From assembly GCF_001194135.2 (NCBI RefSeq), contig NC_068989.1, positions 27,474,233-27,538,232 on the forward strand: a stretch of DNA of 64,000 nucleotides, written 5' to 3'. Below, piece after piece: positions 25,664 through 39,119 of the stretch (its first letter is position 1; each line of letters starts with the position of its first letter). A program made the position numbers and the translations under genes. Below the pieces are notes generated by a model. It was not told where the DNA came from. It did no database searches and worked only from the letters and a program-made list of their open reading frames with translations. The DNA comes from Octopus bimaculoides. Taxonomy: Eukaryota.

Positions 25664-27673
25664 CATATATATAGATAGATAGATAGATAGATAGATATAG
25701 ATATAGATATAGATATATATGAATTATAATTTTGCTGTGTACGAACATTCGTAGCAAAAAGGGTTTTACTGACAATAAATTGCAATAAACGGTTGCACCA
25801 TAATATTATTTACGGCAAACTAGCGTTCAAGCATTCAAATACAATCTGATGATTTTTATTGGTACATATTCATGTAAACGATTTGAAGGTTTTTGCGGGC
25901 TTCATCTAATTGAATGATAGTGTAAACACCAGTATATTCGATACGCTTAGCAAGTATGTTTCTACATGTCTGCTTGAATTGTGCACTCACTGTATAGTAA
26001 CGTTATATTGGTAAAATGCCAGTGATCTGTTAGTAAATATACGATATTATACCTTGAGGTAGATAAAACACATGACTAAAGAGCATTAAAGGAATGTGTT
26101 TTTCGAATGTATTTTTCACATCAATGTTTTTCAAATGTCAACTATCCCTCTATCACGATACGGCTGTTTTCATTTTTGCACACAAAATTAGATTAAATCT
26201 TTTCAATGTTTGTACAAAAATGGAATACTGTGATTGTTCCGATATTTAAATTCAATATGTAATCAGTGTGTTAGGATAACAATTGAGCGAATCAATAGTA
26301 ATAGAATCTATCTGCAGAAGAGTAACCTGGGTGCTGCTCTGGAAGTAAATGTGTCACTTTAGACAGAATGGCGGCTTTCACATGTACACACCTATTTACC
26401 ATTGTACAAATACAGCTAGACGTTTATAGGCAATATTTCCACTGTGAATTGAAGCAGTATTTTGTTAGTCTGTACCCTTGAGTTGAAATTTCGCTTGAAT
26501 ACAAAATAGCATTTTTTGAAAAATGGCGTTAACATGTAACACACTGTTTCAAATTAGCATCAGATTATCCCGAGCAGAACAGATGTGTGTGACATGATGT
26601 TCTAGCTCCGAAACTTCTTTCACTTTTCATTTTTCATCCTTCCTCTCTTATGCAAAACAGTAATATGAGCGAAGGGGCAGTGATTCTTTGCTATTTCTAG
26701 CATATCAAGGGATCACATAGAAGCACGCCTTCTTGGTTTCAATTAATATGTTAAATGGTATAGAGCGGTAATAAATTTTAAAATCTTTAATTCCATGAAT
26801 GTTTGTCAAATTCTTTTCACAGTATTGTAATTAATATTGTTCACACTCGGCTAGAGTGAAATATGTCTAGACACCAGCAGGCAATTAAAACCATTAGTAT
26901 AACACTAATTCAAAATACTCATTATTCAATATGAAAACCTTCAGTTAAAAATGCAGAATTGCTGCATATCTTTGGAAAATTATTTTCACTCATTGCAGAT
27001 ATTTCATGTTCGAAATGTATCCATTCATATTTTAATGGCTCTATTAATATTGTATTAACTGGGCAGATATATAAGGAATGAACTCCCTTAAAGAAATTTG
27101 AAATCTAGACCTGTAAACAAATTCTATATTCCCTTCGGGAGAATAAGTATGAGAAGTAGATTTATAAGAACAAGAGAATGGTTCTCAAGTAAAATTTCTG
27201 AGCATAAATTTTCAGATTTTTACCCAACTATCCGTTAAATCGGCGATCCGTAAAGGATCTAAAGTTTTCATATGGGTTGAGATACCAAACAACAAAATAA
27301 AAATAAGGTCAAGAGATTTTGATTGTTTTAAAAGTGAAGTTCAACGTCATTGTTGCTATGTCTATTACATTGAAGCGAGAGCTAAATCTTAAGGCGTTTA
27401 GGACCTAGTCAGATATATGACCATGTCCAGAAAATATTCTGCTAGCAGAATACACAAGTATACAAAGAACACATGTTTAGACGAGAAATATGCAGAAATT
27501 AACGAATAAACATATGCGAATGAAACACCTTTACGATGTGTATTATGAGCTTGCGCGTATATGCACACACATACATACATACATATATATACATACATCT
27601 CTCTCTCTTTCTCTCTCTCTTCCTCTCTCTCTCTTTCGCTCTCTCTCTCTCTCTCTCTCTCTCNNNNNNNNNN

Positions 27674-27711
<38 letters not shown>

Positions 27712-28149
27712 ATTTCCTCCATATCCTCATGTCGTGTCTATTATTTCACTAATTTTATTCTAAGCGTTATTTTTCTTGTTCCATGTTTTATAGTAAAAGT
27801 TTTCAATGCCTGTGGATAAAATTTTCACTATCCTGATTCGTCAACTACTTTATTGATCACGGATGGAGGAAGGATAAAAACAAATGTAAAGTAAAAAGCC
27901 AAAAAAAATAAGCATATGTAATAAAAAAAAAATTAAACGCATCGTTGTTAACACAAGGCAGTAAATTACAAAAATACGTCTTTAAAATGCCAGACAGAAG
28001 ATAGGTAAAATAAAATCGTGCAATCTATAGTAAGTCTCTTTACTAACTAGGTCACATTAAAAAAGTAGTGGATATTCAATTTGAATGCTTAATGCCAGTT
28101 TTATTTTAGGCTTCAGAAAGATTATTTAAAAATATTCTGTCTGTTCATG

Positions 28150-29110
28150 CTTTAGAACCATAAAGTGTGTGATATGCTTTTGCGGCTGTATGGAACAGAT
28201 GATAGATCGTTGAGAGCTGTACAGATTTTATAAAGTAGGGCGTGCGTTAGGGTGGGTGGTGAAGTAAGTGAGTGGTTTCATGTGAAGATGGGGTTAAGAC
28301 AGGGTCGTGTGATGTCTCCGTGGCTGTTTAATTTATATGTGGATGGTGTGGTGAGAGAGGTAAATGCTTTTGGTAGGGGAGCTCAAATGGTGGGAGAAAA
28401 TGGAGAGAAATGGCCAGTGAGTCAGTTGTTGCATGCTAATGATACAGCACTGATGGCGGATTCGGAAGAGCAACTGAGGAGACTGGTTGTAGAGTTTGGA
28501 AGAGTGTGAGAGAGGAGAAAACTGAAAGTGATTGTAGCTAGAGTAGGGTGATGGGATGTTCGAGAGATGAATATGAGTATAAATAGTGTGATGCTAGAAG
28601 AGGTGAGTGTTTTTAAGTATCTGAGATCACATGCGACGGCGGATGGGGTTTGGCTGAGGGAGGGGAGTAAGATACTTGGAGTTGTGAAAGGTATACAGAG
28701 ATAAAAGGTTGAGTATGAAAGCGAAAAGAGTTGTGTATGTGGGCATGATTATGCCGACAGTATTATATGGTGCAGAGACGTGGGGGCTGAGAGAGGTGGA
28801 TAGGAGGCGACTAGATGTATTTGAGATGAGATGTATGAGGGATATGGTTGATGTGACGGATGGACAGAATGAGGAATGAGGAGGTGCGAAGGCGAACAGG
28901 AATGGAGAGGATGGATGAGGAGCGGATGGTAAGAAGGCCGAAGTGGTAGGCAACAGGACCAGCGTCAGACCTTAGTTTGTGTGAATGGATGGATGGATGG
29001 ATGGATGGAGTGAAGAAAGCTTTGGGGGTTACAGGTGTTGGTGTGAGAGAGGCAAGTGAGTTTATAAATGATAGGGAAGCTTGGACAGTGTTTGTAGACG
29101 GATGAGTGAA
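28150..29110 (+). mobile_element. 5'-truncated RTE-clade LINE, RT and C-terminal region, degenerate
   Basis: SEWFHVKMGLRQGRVMSPWLFNLYVDGVVREV, QLLHANDTALMADSEEQLRRLVVEFGRV (FADD motif decayed), then ILYGAETW and CMRDMVDVT.WTE.RNEEVR segments. Confidence 0.9.
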
Positions 29111-32100
29111 TTTAATATTGCTCAAAGGGGTACAGAACCAGCATGATGTGGCGCGGGTAAACCAGCACATGCTGTCGGGCCCCGCTATTGATATTGGGGG
29201 TTGCGTTCTATGCCTTGACCTGAACATAGAACAGGGCTCGTCTCTTTGAGCAGGGAAAGGAATGGAATCCCTGAAATGTGTCTTGTGGTTATCTGCTCCT
29301 AAAAAATGGGGAAGAGGCCTGGGTATATTAAAAAATTATATCTATACATATGTATGTATATTTATAAGTATATACATATTGTATGAGTATATATACATAC
29401 ATACCTTCAAAAAACCTATATATCTTGAAGGAAGGTAGAAGATTAAAATATAGTCACATTGAACTATATCATGAAGAAATCAAATTAGACGTCATTGTTT
29501 AAATCAAGTAAACAAAAATTCATACTCAATACGTCTCTTTTGTATTAGGAGTTTATCGATTCTTGTCGTATCATAAAGCATTAATGTAAACAAAAATGCT
29601 ATAATTCACACATTTATTAGTTACGAATGAACCTGTTGGTGACCATTTCAACTGCTAAAAGCAATTGTTAGATCGCTTTCACATAATATCTCATTGTATT
29701 GAAAATGCGGGTGAGAAATTTACTAATGTAATTTCACGATGCAATGTCCAAGAGAAGCACTTAGCAACTGAGCTACACATTAAATATCTCTTGATGATCT
29801 TATTTGAAAATTTGAAGTGTGTCTCTTTAGCTTTCATATTTGTAAATTAATTTAACTACCAGTTATACAATTTGACTTTAATTAACTTTTTTAATTATGT
29901 TGTATTATCTATGCATTGAACAGAATGCATTTATAATTACTCTTGCAACATCGTATAAAAAGGAATCGCATAACATGTTTGTGCTGACCGCTTTGAAGAA
30001 TTTATATAAAAGACTGTCGTCTCTATAATGATTTCCGCGGACTGTGATAGACTGACTTTACTTTTTGCTTCATGTCAGTCATAATCAATTAGACGTATGC
30101 ACAAATATGCTCCAACTAGGCCCATTATTTTTACTTTCAGACATAACCTAATGTAGCCTTGTGCAGAGAAAAAGTTAATTTTTTTCTTCACGGTGCTTAT
30201 CTCTTCGAAGTACATACCTAAAACTATAGCAGATCCACGAGTTCCTTCCTACCTGTCTCATCCTCGGCTATCTGTTCCCCCTCCCCCACTGATCGACGAA
30301 ACAGACGTTTTAATAAAAGCGAGCTATCCATGACTATTTCTTGTTTTGTAGTGAGATATATTCCTTCGCTTATAGCATCCGATATGTATCACCTTTTTAA
30401 GATGCTGGGCGGTTAATTAAAAAAAAAGATTTGACCATTCTCTTGCAGGTCGCCTGGCCTCCATAGAGGTTTTCTCCTAAGTTCAAACGTGAGAAAGTTG
30501 TCCCTTCTTATCCAGTTTCGACTGATGGATTCCTCATTTATTAGTTACTTGATTTCCGTTTCAAAAAACCACTTCAGATAATTTGCAGTGTGATGCCTTG
30601 CAACAAATAGAAGCTGTCAATTCTTCCTTTTCCTTTTCTATTTCAATATTTCTTGACTTTATTTCAGGATTAGGAATAAAATACAACATAATCAAGTATT
30701 AACTTTGTAACGAATGTATTATAATTGAAAATTTGATCTTCATCTTGCTGCTAATTATTTTTGATTGTTGATTTTTCTGTTACTTTTAATGTTGCAATAA
30801 ACTACTAAACGCCAGATATCCATAATTATTCTTCAAATAAAATAACCTCACAGTACCCGGTGAGCTCGCTTGACAAAAACATGTAAACAACAGTGCATCC
30901 TCTGAATAGGTCTGGTTTCTCATACAGTCAGAACAACAGCATCCATTAGTTTTCAATAACGTCTGGCACTCACTCTCTTTATAGGAATGTAATAGGCGAT
31001 TGTAGACCAAAAGATATACAGTGTGAGATGATTGAATGTTTTTAAATCTATAGTCATTTTCCAGCTATTTAGTTGTTTTTATATTGCGTATGATTACCTA
31101 AATAGGACATTTTAAATAGTATTTCTTTCGTAGTAGTCTATTAATTACTTTTTCCTTAGATTACCACAGATATCTTTCTATAGTATAATATCCGTTTGAT
31201 GATACTAGTATTTACCTTCAGATCAGTTTTGATTGAGCAGATTTATGATGAGACAATATTTAATAGTATTCATTTCATTTCTTTCAAATACTCTGTGCAT
31301 TATCTTATGTTTTGGATATCCCAAAACTTATACTCCCTATTTCAAGGAGATTTGAATACTTATTTTAGCAATGAGGGTGTTCAGAGACAGCCAGTCATGC
31401 TGGTATAACATTTTCGTTTTGAAATCATTATCAAACTTCTTCATTTCTCATATAAAGTAGGAATTTGTCCATCTAGAAGAGGTATGTATAATTTCTAGAT
31501 AGGAGTAGGTGCCAGTCATGGTTTGATTACGATGTTAGTTTACTCTTTTACTTGTTTCAGTCATTTGACTGCGGCCATGCTGGAGTACCATGCTGGAGTA
31601 CCGCTTTATAGTCGAGCAAATCGACCCCAGAGCTTATTCTTTGTAAGCCTAGTACTTTTTCTATCGGTTTCTTTTGCCGAACCGCTAAGTTACGGGGACG
31701 CAAACACACCAGCATATACACATACATACATACACATATATATATACATATACGACGAGCTTCTTCCAGTCTCCGTCTACCAAATTCACTCACAAGGCTG
31801 TGGTCAGCCAGAGGCTATAGTAGAAGACACTTGCCCAAGGTTCCACGCAGTGAGACTGAACCTGCGACCATGTGGTTGGTAAGCAAGCTACTTTATTTCA
31901 TTTTATTTGCAATAAAGGCAGTATACAGAGTAGCTGCGGGCTGGACAACACATTAATGAATGAAAATGAAATGACATAAAATGAATAAATGATTGGGTTT
32001 TTGTCGAAAACATATTTTTTTTTAAAAATCAATATGGGGTTTAAATCCTCTTACAAAAAGGAGGCACTAAAACCTCTTATTTAACATGTTTTTTTAAAAC

Positions 32101-32177
32101 ACAATTAAGGTTTTAAACCACTAGAAATAATGCAATAAGATGCGGTTTCAAACCCGTTAACGAGGTTTTTCCACCTC

Positions 32178-33218
32178 CTACTCATTGATATATTCATCAA
32201 TATATCTATAATTATCTTCAGTGCCGCTTGAGTTCCCGTACCCCGCCATTTCCCATGACTCAATCATGTATGAGGCATATGTCATGTGAGAGTCAACCGG
32301 CCATATGCGACATTCCTCTTTAATTCTTTTAAGCTTTTCCCACGCGGAAAGCCTTATGACCTCCACAGCTATCCGCGGAGGCCATTCGGGATCCCATGTG
32401 CAGGCCAAATCTACTATCTCTTTATGATCTTCTACTATATTTTCCACATCCCCGCCCTTATAGAAAAAGTTAAGTAATTCTTCACCTTCAGGGGTGGGGG
32501 TCGTTTCTTCCGCCGTAGGTGGCACAATTTCGGGACATGCAGACGGTACATCATCGTCTACCTGCAATGACCCGTTCTTCTTCTTTCTGTTTTTTTCCTT
32601 TTCTTCCTGACTTCGGGAGAGTGGAACTCTTCCGCTTTGTCCGGAGTCTCTCTAAAACCTCCAGAAGCCTTAGAGTACTTCGGCGGACAACCATTGTTGC
32701 CCGCTTTCTTCCTTTTTAATCCTTTTCTGGTTGAGGATGCTGAAGCCTCGATTGCCGGCAATACCCTTACATTTAAGAACCTGAGCCTGTTATCCCCCAG
32801 GCCCCGTCGGATGGTATCTTCAATCCAACCCGCCTCAGTGCCTGGGGGTAACCCACATACCTAGGTTCTTATTAATTTCCTCCCGGAGTACGACGGGAGG
32901 AACAGATTTTTGTTGCTCTCCAAAATTGTGAACCTCCTCCGTGGTGTCAAAGAGCAACCATACGATTGCATGCTTGACGCCGCGGGATATGTATTTCACT
33001 GAGGACAAACAGTCTTTCAGCTCTTTTTCTATAGTTGGTTTTGGGAAGGCGGTGATGGTGTCAAGAACTTTAGAGTAACTTCTAACCACCACCGTCCTCT
33101 CCTCCATATCTTTTAACCACCGCTTGGGTGAGATAATTTCCCACTCCAAAGCAGTAGCCTTCTCTTTTAACTTTTTTCCTGCCATAACTAAATGTTCAAA
33201 TAGGAAATAATTGTTCAC
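32178..33218 (-). pseudogene. Tx1-like ORF1, frameshifted, zinc knuckle apparently absent
   Basis: Track ORFs 32835-33218, 32558-32761 and 32178-32567; YISRGVKHAIVWLLFDTTEE...LFLPSYSGRKLIRT*VCGLPPG..W aligns with the ORF1 at 23.4 kb. Confidence 0.7.
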
Positions 33219-33624
33219 AAAAAAGTCTCAAAATGATGACAGTTCAGAAAAAAAAGAAATAGTTCAGTAAACGAAACAGAAACAGTTCAAAAATAAAAAA
33301 GGAAGAAAGCAGTTCAAGGAAAAAGTAAAGAAAGAGAATTTAAAAAAAAAAAAAAAATGGAAAAACTGAATCCTCGGCAGGAACAAAATGGGCTACACTG
33401 TACACCAGCCCTGGCTTGAACTGGTACTCCATTGCAGTCAAATAAACACTCAATAATCCTGGTCCGTAATCCAGCGACCGAAGTGAGAAAAAATCTTTAG
33501 ATGGTTTCTGCTTTCTGAACTGGGTTATTTCATAGAAACGCTCACCAGCAGGCAGTCACACACACTATGCCTGGAACAGGCAACAGTTCAATCAAATTTT
33601 CTCAAATTTTCAAATTTTCAACAC

Positions 33625-35125
33625 CACCAAGCCAGGTAAAGCCAGAGGTGCCTCAACCTTAACGCGAATTTCTGCATCTTCAGCCAAGGCACCCCTAGCC
33701 CACCATTTAGCAGTTTCTGACAGCAGACAGAGCGTTTTACAGGTGGTTTTCCTCCCTTCCACAAAAAGCGGAAAAGGATTTTCTCCAACATGTTCAGCCA
33801 CAAATCGGGGCAAGGCATCCCGGTCAGACGGTAGGTAATTACTGATGCTATAAACATCTGCATCACCTCCACCCTCCATAGCAAGGGTAGTGCCGCCCAG
33901 ACCAGGTCTCGGTTAGAGCAGTCACTTTGCTGGCCACCTCGCTCTACTTTTTCTCTATCTGCAGGTCCAGTCCCATCCAGACTCCGAGCAACTTAACAGG
34001 ATCTTGCGTCCAACGCCCCACGACGTTATTGGACGCCATCGACTTGCCCCACCAGGTGCCGAGTTGCAAACTGACCGACTTGTCCTTGCTAACCTTTGCT
34101 CCTACCACCGCCTCGTAACTTTTGATGGCCTTTTCCACCACTGGAATCCGCCAAGTACCGATGGTCGACCCTATCAAACGCCTTAAACTGGTCTAAATGT
34201 ACCAGTGCCCCTCCCACTACGCCAGAAAGTTTCCTTACCCTCTCTAAGGAGTAGCGTATAAGGCGGAGATTTCCGTGTATCGACCTTCCCGTGATAGCAC
34301 AAGTTTGCGCTTCCCCGACAAGTTCGTCCACAACCCGCGCCAACCTTTTCGCTAACACCTAGGCCAAAATCTTTAACCCTGTATTTAACAGAGTTATGGG
34401 CCAGTTCCCTATCTCATCCTCCTTGCTCGGGCCCTTTTTGATCAACGTCACTACCCTCTGGCTCGCAGACTTGGGAATTCTTCCATTCTGCTGCCAATTG
34501 GCGTAAACGCAGGCCAGTAGGTGCCCGAACAAGTCTGGCATACTTTCATAGAATTTATAGGGCAGACCATCGAGACTCGGCGACCTGTCCCCGGGGCATT
34601 CGCCTATTATCTCGATCACCTCCTCGGCTGTGATTGACCCTTCACAGCACTCAGCCTTTCTTGCCGAGAGACGCGGGCCGCCAGACAGGAAGTCTCTGAG
34701 GGCCTCATCATGATCCAGCGTCCCGCTCCTCCCGAACAACTCGGCGAAGTGCTCGTAAAGCGCCTCACACATCTCGTCCTGTTCTTTGACTGAGCGTCCT
34801 TTTTCGTTAACAAGAGATCCAATTGTGGCTTCATTGCCACGCTGGGTTTCTACCGTACGGGCCCATCCGGCAACATTAATTCCCTCACGGCCCAATGCTC
34901 TCACTTTAGCCCGAACTCTATACCCCTCATGTTTGACTTTGAGGTGACGGTCCAAAGCCGCTCTCGCCGCCTAATGTGGGAGGCAGAGCGGAACCTCAGC
35001 CCCTCCTTTAATTCCTTAACTAATTGCCCTTCTATTCTAGTCCTGTCTAGTCTTAGCTGTTTGCTAAACCTAATGGACTCGAAACGAATGGCTCTTTTGA
35101 GGGCGAATCTCCACCGGTTATTAAC
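33625..35125 (-). pseudogene. Tx1/L1-clade ORF2 fragment (linker, RT N-half, thumb) with internal deletions
   Basis: RWRFALKRAIRFESIRFSK; SPSLDGLPYKFY; WPITLLNTGLKILA; QTCAITGRSIHGN; LDQFKAFDRVDHRYL; VKLLGVW; FLWKGGKPPVKRSVCCQKLLNGGLGVP; the YADD region is deleted. Confidence 0.92.
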
Positions 35126-36259
35126 CAAGCTACTTACCACACAGCCACTCCTGATCATACAAGACTGAATTTAATCATCATTTCTCAATTGTGTAATCAA
35201 TATGGTACCTTAATCTTCTCGATACTTAAATTCCCAGATGCATGATAAGAATTATTAATTATAACTCATAACGTTTAGATCCGCCTGAACTCTGGGCACC
35301 ATCACATGCCTTTTTCCTAGGAGTACTGACAGTACGAGACTTAATTTGAACTAGGGATCTTTATCTTTAACGTGACAAAATAGAGCTCTTATCCATGGAT
35401 CATTACCATATGTTCTAGTTCCTAGTTTGTTTCGATGCAGGTACAGTCTCCAAATATAGCACCCGATGATGATAAGAGGAACCCCATCGAAAAGAAAGTA
35501 TAGATATAAATATTTTTGAAAATTTCCTCTACAAAGATGAGGTTAATAGACAGAAAATTTATAATCGTATTGGAAATGTTTGCTTATGCACAATATTTCC
35601 AATAGCTAAGATAGAACTGATAACAGAAAAATAAAACGTAACCTTTCAACGTTTTTCTGCTATCAATTCATGTTATGTTTCGTTTTTGTGCTTCTTTGTG
35701 TTTGTCTTTGCTTTTGTGCTGTTTACATTATCTATTCCGTTCAACAATAGTAGTACTTTGAATCTATACATCTCCTTCCGACACTGGTAAGAAATTATAT
35801 TTCTAGAGATCAACCAGTCTGCAGGAAATGTATAGACGCTAGTGCTTTATATATATTCTTGGTAAACATATGTAGTTTAAAGAAATACCTTTGTTTTGAT
35901 TTCATTGTGGTCGAATTAATATTGTTTTGTATTTTGTCTTTGTAACCAGTCGGATGTATAATCTGACTACTTTAGTATTTTACTGAAAGCGAAAGAGAGA
36001 CTTTTATGTCAACCGATTAGGAACATTGACCAGAAATTTGAGGAGGCAACTTATCAGTTGCTTGCAGGCTTTCGTTGTGTTGACAAATTTTTCACTGGCT
36101 GCAATTAGTCACGCTTCTAGTTAGTAAATAAGATTGTATTCCTACATCTTTCGTAAGCACTGTGACTATTTTTGTTGTTTACGTTGATTCTATGCGTTCG
36201 GAAAGTATGTATGAATATTATTTATATCGATATTAGTATTACTAAATAATAATAGATGG

Positions 36260-36420
36260 ATATAGGACATAGGTATAAAACCCAGTTCAGTCCGGTTGCA
36301 TAAAACAGTGTTATTAGGGACAGCGAGGATACATAAGAGGGTTCTTGGCATCCAACATTACTTTCTGTAACCCGATAGGAGGTTTCTTGTCATCTAAGGC
36401 AACTTGTTGTAGTCCGATGT
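36260..36420 (+). mobile_element. Short 3' end of an RLE-type (R4/NeSL-like) non-LTR element
   Basis: Translates DIGIKPSSVRLHKTVLLGTARIHKRVLGI, matching the LQKxVLLGTARILRRVL C-terminal signature, followed by a short 3' UTR. Confidence 0.6.
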
Positions 36421-36506
36421 TAGGTTTCTTTTCTTTTCCAGCAGTCTAATTTGTTGAGTGTATATGAATAGTAATAATAATAAGAGAGTGAGAAGTGTGT
36501 GTTGTC

Positions 36507-36549
<43 letters not shown>

Positions 36550-36962
36550 CAGAGAGAAAGTAAGTGTTTTTGTGTGGGTGTGACAGAGAGAGAGAGAGAG
36601 AAAGAGACAGAGTGATGGCGTAAAGTTTCTCTACCTACTTTTTCTCGCATCTTTTTTTAGTGTGTTTTTGACAGAGAGAGAGAGGGAGAGGTGTGTGGTC
36701 AAGAAGAGAGAGAACGTGTATCTTGCTTTATGTGAGAGAGAGGGGGAGAGTGATAGCGTATTTTTTTATTTATTTAGTTTTTCTCGCATCTTTTTTTAGT
36801 GAGTGTGTGAGTGATTGACTGAGAGAAAGCAGTGTTGTCAAGTATGTGTAAAATGGCTAGGTTCAGTCACACACGCACACAAACACATACGTAGACCCAT
36901 TATCTGTCGTATACACATACATGCATCAATACATATGCATACATGTTTTTATATGTATGCAT

Positions 36963-37168
<206 letters not shown>

Positions 37169-37281
37169 GTCAGTCACTCAGTGATGTGTCTTCTCAAAGT
37201 AAAACTTACGCTATCACTCTATCTCTTTCTCCCTTTCTCTGTCACGGACGCCCAACGACACACACCTCTCTCTCTCTCTCG

Positions 37282-37317
<36 letters not shown>

Positions 37318-38519
37318 TACACATACACATACACATACGCACACAACACACATTTTCTGTCTCCCACCCCTCATCAACACATGCACACGTCCATGACCAT
37401 TTCTTCTGTCTTCCACTTTATGCTGACTTTAAAAAAAAATCTACATATCCACTCACAAAATAAATAAATTAGTTTTACGGAATTTACTGAATGCCGTAAG
37501 GTAACCGCTGAGCTGCGCGCACACGCCTTCGAGTTAAAACGAAATATTGTCAAAATGGCTAGGTTATTGCCAAAATTTCTAAATAATATTTTTTTCATTT
37601 TTATGACATAATTGCATTAATACATATGACGTAATTAAACTAATTGCAAATTAGCTGTGTGGCTGATAATTTTTTTTTCCTTACCTCAATGATGCTGGTG
37701 GCATATATTAAACGTACACTTATAGAACTATATTCCTAAAATAGAATAGAACTATACTATCATCCTCAAATTTGAGAAACAAAAGCTCTTAACTTTTTCC
37801 TTTAAAAATTCATTGCATGAGATTGATCACATGAAATTCCTCGAATTGCGCTCTATCATTTAAGCTTATTGAAAATATAGATTGTCTTTAAAATAAAAAA
37901 ATTGAATCAAACTTGAATCTAATTTTTTGCTTTATATTTTTTCGTGATATTTTACCTCACAACCTTTTTTTATACAAATTTTTGTCGCATAGGATCAAAA
38001 CTATGAAATTCTTCATCCTTTCCTCTATTATTGAAGCTAAGATAAATATATTTTTCCTTTAAAATAAAAAAGTTATCAAGATATAAACTTGATTGAAGGC
38101 GTTACTTACTTTCCTATAACGTTGCTACACATTATAATGTAAACTTTTTTCTACTGGTCTAAATCTCAATTTTATTACGCTAAAATATACCTAGGGATCA
38201 ACCTGCTTCAACAATGTTGACAGTTTTCAATTTGGTTACGAAGACGCTGTGTGTGAGTAAATTGCGGCCTTAATATTATTCAATTACTACCGTATGTGAA
38301 TGATATATATATATATTAGTTTATGTATATATTAATATTATCTCAGTTATTAAAACCTTTGATAATTTAAATACGTTAATAGTTACCACAGGTAGCAAAA
38401 TTACACTAAAAAACAGGATATCACAGCCGTTTTATAGATAGTTAAAGTAATACATTTTTAGAAGGTATGGATAATAATAATAAATGGAGCAAAACGCATG
38501 TCAATAAAAGTTCCTTTAA

Positions 38520-38606
38520 TTCCTACACATGTTTCAAAATAAATGAGAGCACTTTCACAAAGAAGAAAGAGCTGTTGTGGTTCCTCATATATTTCTCTTC
38601 AGGGAA
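38520..38606 (-). ncRNA. Type I hammerhead ribozyme, intact core
   Basis: ttcc-CTGAAGA-gaaatatatgag[36 nt]ctcatttatttt-GAAA-CATGTG-TA-ggaa: stem I 4 bp, stem II 11/12 bp, self-complementary stem III ACATGTGT, GUA cleavage triplet. Confidence 0.7.
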
Positions 38607-39036
38607 ATATATACGCGCATGCACACACATATACAAACCTTCACTAGACTACGATGTTTCATTTATTTTTATTTTTATTCACTTTCTTCGCTACATATAA
38701 ATATGTTATGTTATTAGTTTCCCTTATATGATATACTACCTTAGTTCCCCCCCCTTCCTCCTTTTTTGACTCAGCAATTAGCTCTATCAAATTTAACAGA
38801 ACGACAATTAACTCTCTGAGTTTAACCTTTAGCATCACGTTTACAACCCCCTCCCTTTATATCTCTATGTAAACAAGCGTTCTTATTCCTAAAGCCCATG
38901 GAATAATATCATTCACCCATTTATATCTCTATGTAAACAAACCTTCTAACGGTCACTGACCATGTAACATCTCTGCTCGTAAGTTACCACATCATTTCGT
39001 TTTTGTCTTGGTATTATATGTTTTATTATGAACCGC

Positions 39037-39119
39037 CTGAAGAGAAATATATGAGGAACCCCAACAGCTCTTTCTTCTTTGTGAAAGTGCTCTCATTTAT
39101 TTTGAAACATGTGTAGGAA
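39037..39119 (+). ncRNA. Second hammerhead copy, core intact but stem I 5' strand lost
   Basis: CTGAAGA...GAAACATGTGTAggaa is present; the upstream bases are gaaccgc instead of ttcc. Confidence 0.5.

Larger units (their letters stand above)
31894..35125 (-). mobile_element. Single TSD-bounded Tx1-like composite: truncated ORF2 (RT) followed by 5' UTR, ORF1 and A-rich tail
   Basis: Perfect 10-bp TSD caagctactt at 31884-31893 and 35126-35135; aataaaatgaaata tail at the 31894 end. Confidence 0.85.
31546..35153 (-). mobile_element. tRNA-derived SINE, family B (octopus-like), split in its head by a 3.2-kb insertion
   Basis: Body 31546-31893 (cttgcccaagg...accatgtggttggtaagcaagctactt) resumes at 35136 as accacacagccactcctg; a homologous body lies at about 45215-45537 in the opposite orientation. 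Confidence 0.85.

Noticed and set aside
30430-30495. Candidate 40-nt exon (ctcttgcag|gtcgcc...caaac|gtgaga)
   Set aside because: No recognisable peptide and no partner exons; unsupported without transcript data.
35430-35505. Candidate exon encoding VQSPNIAPDDDKRNPIEKK
   Set aside because: Weak donor site and no homology I recognise.
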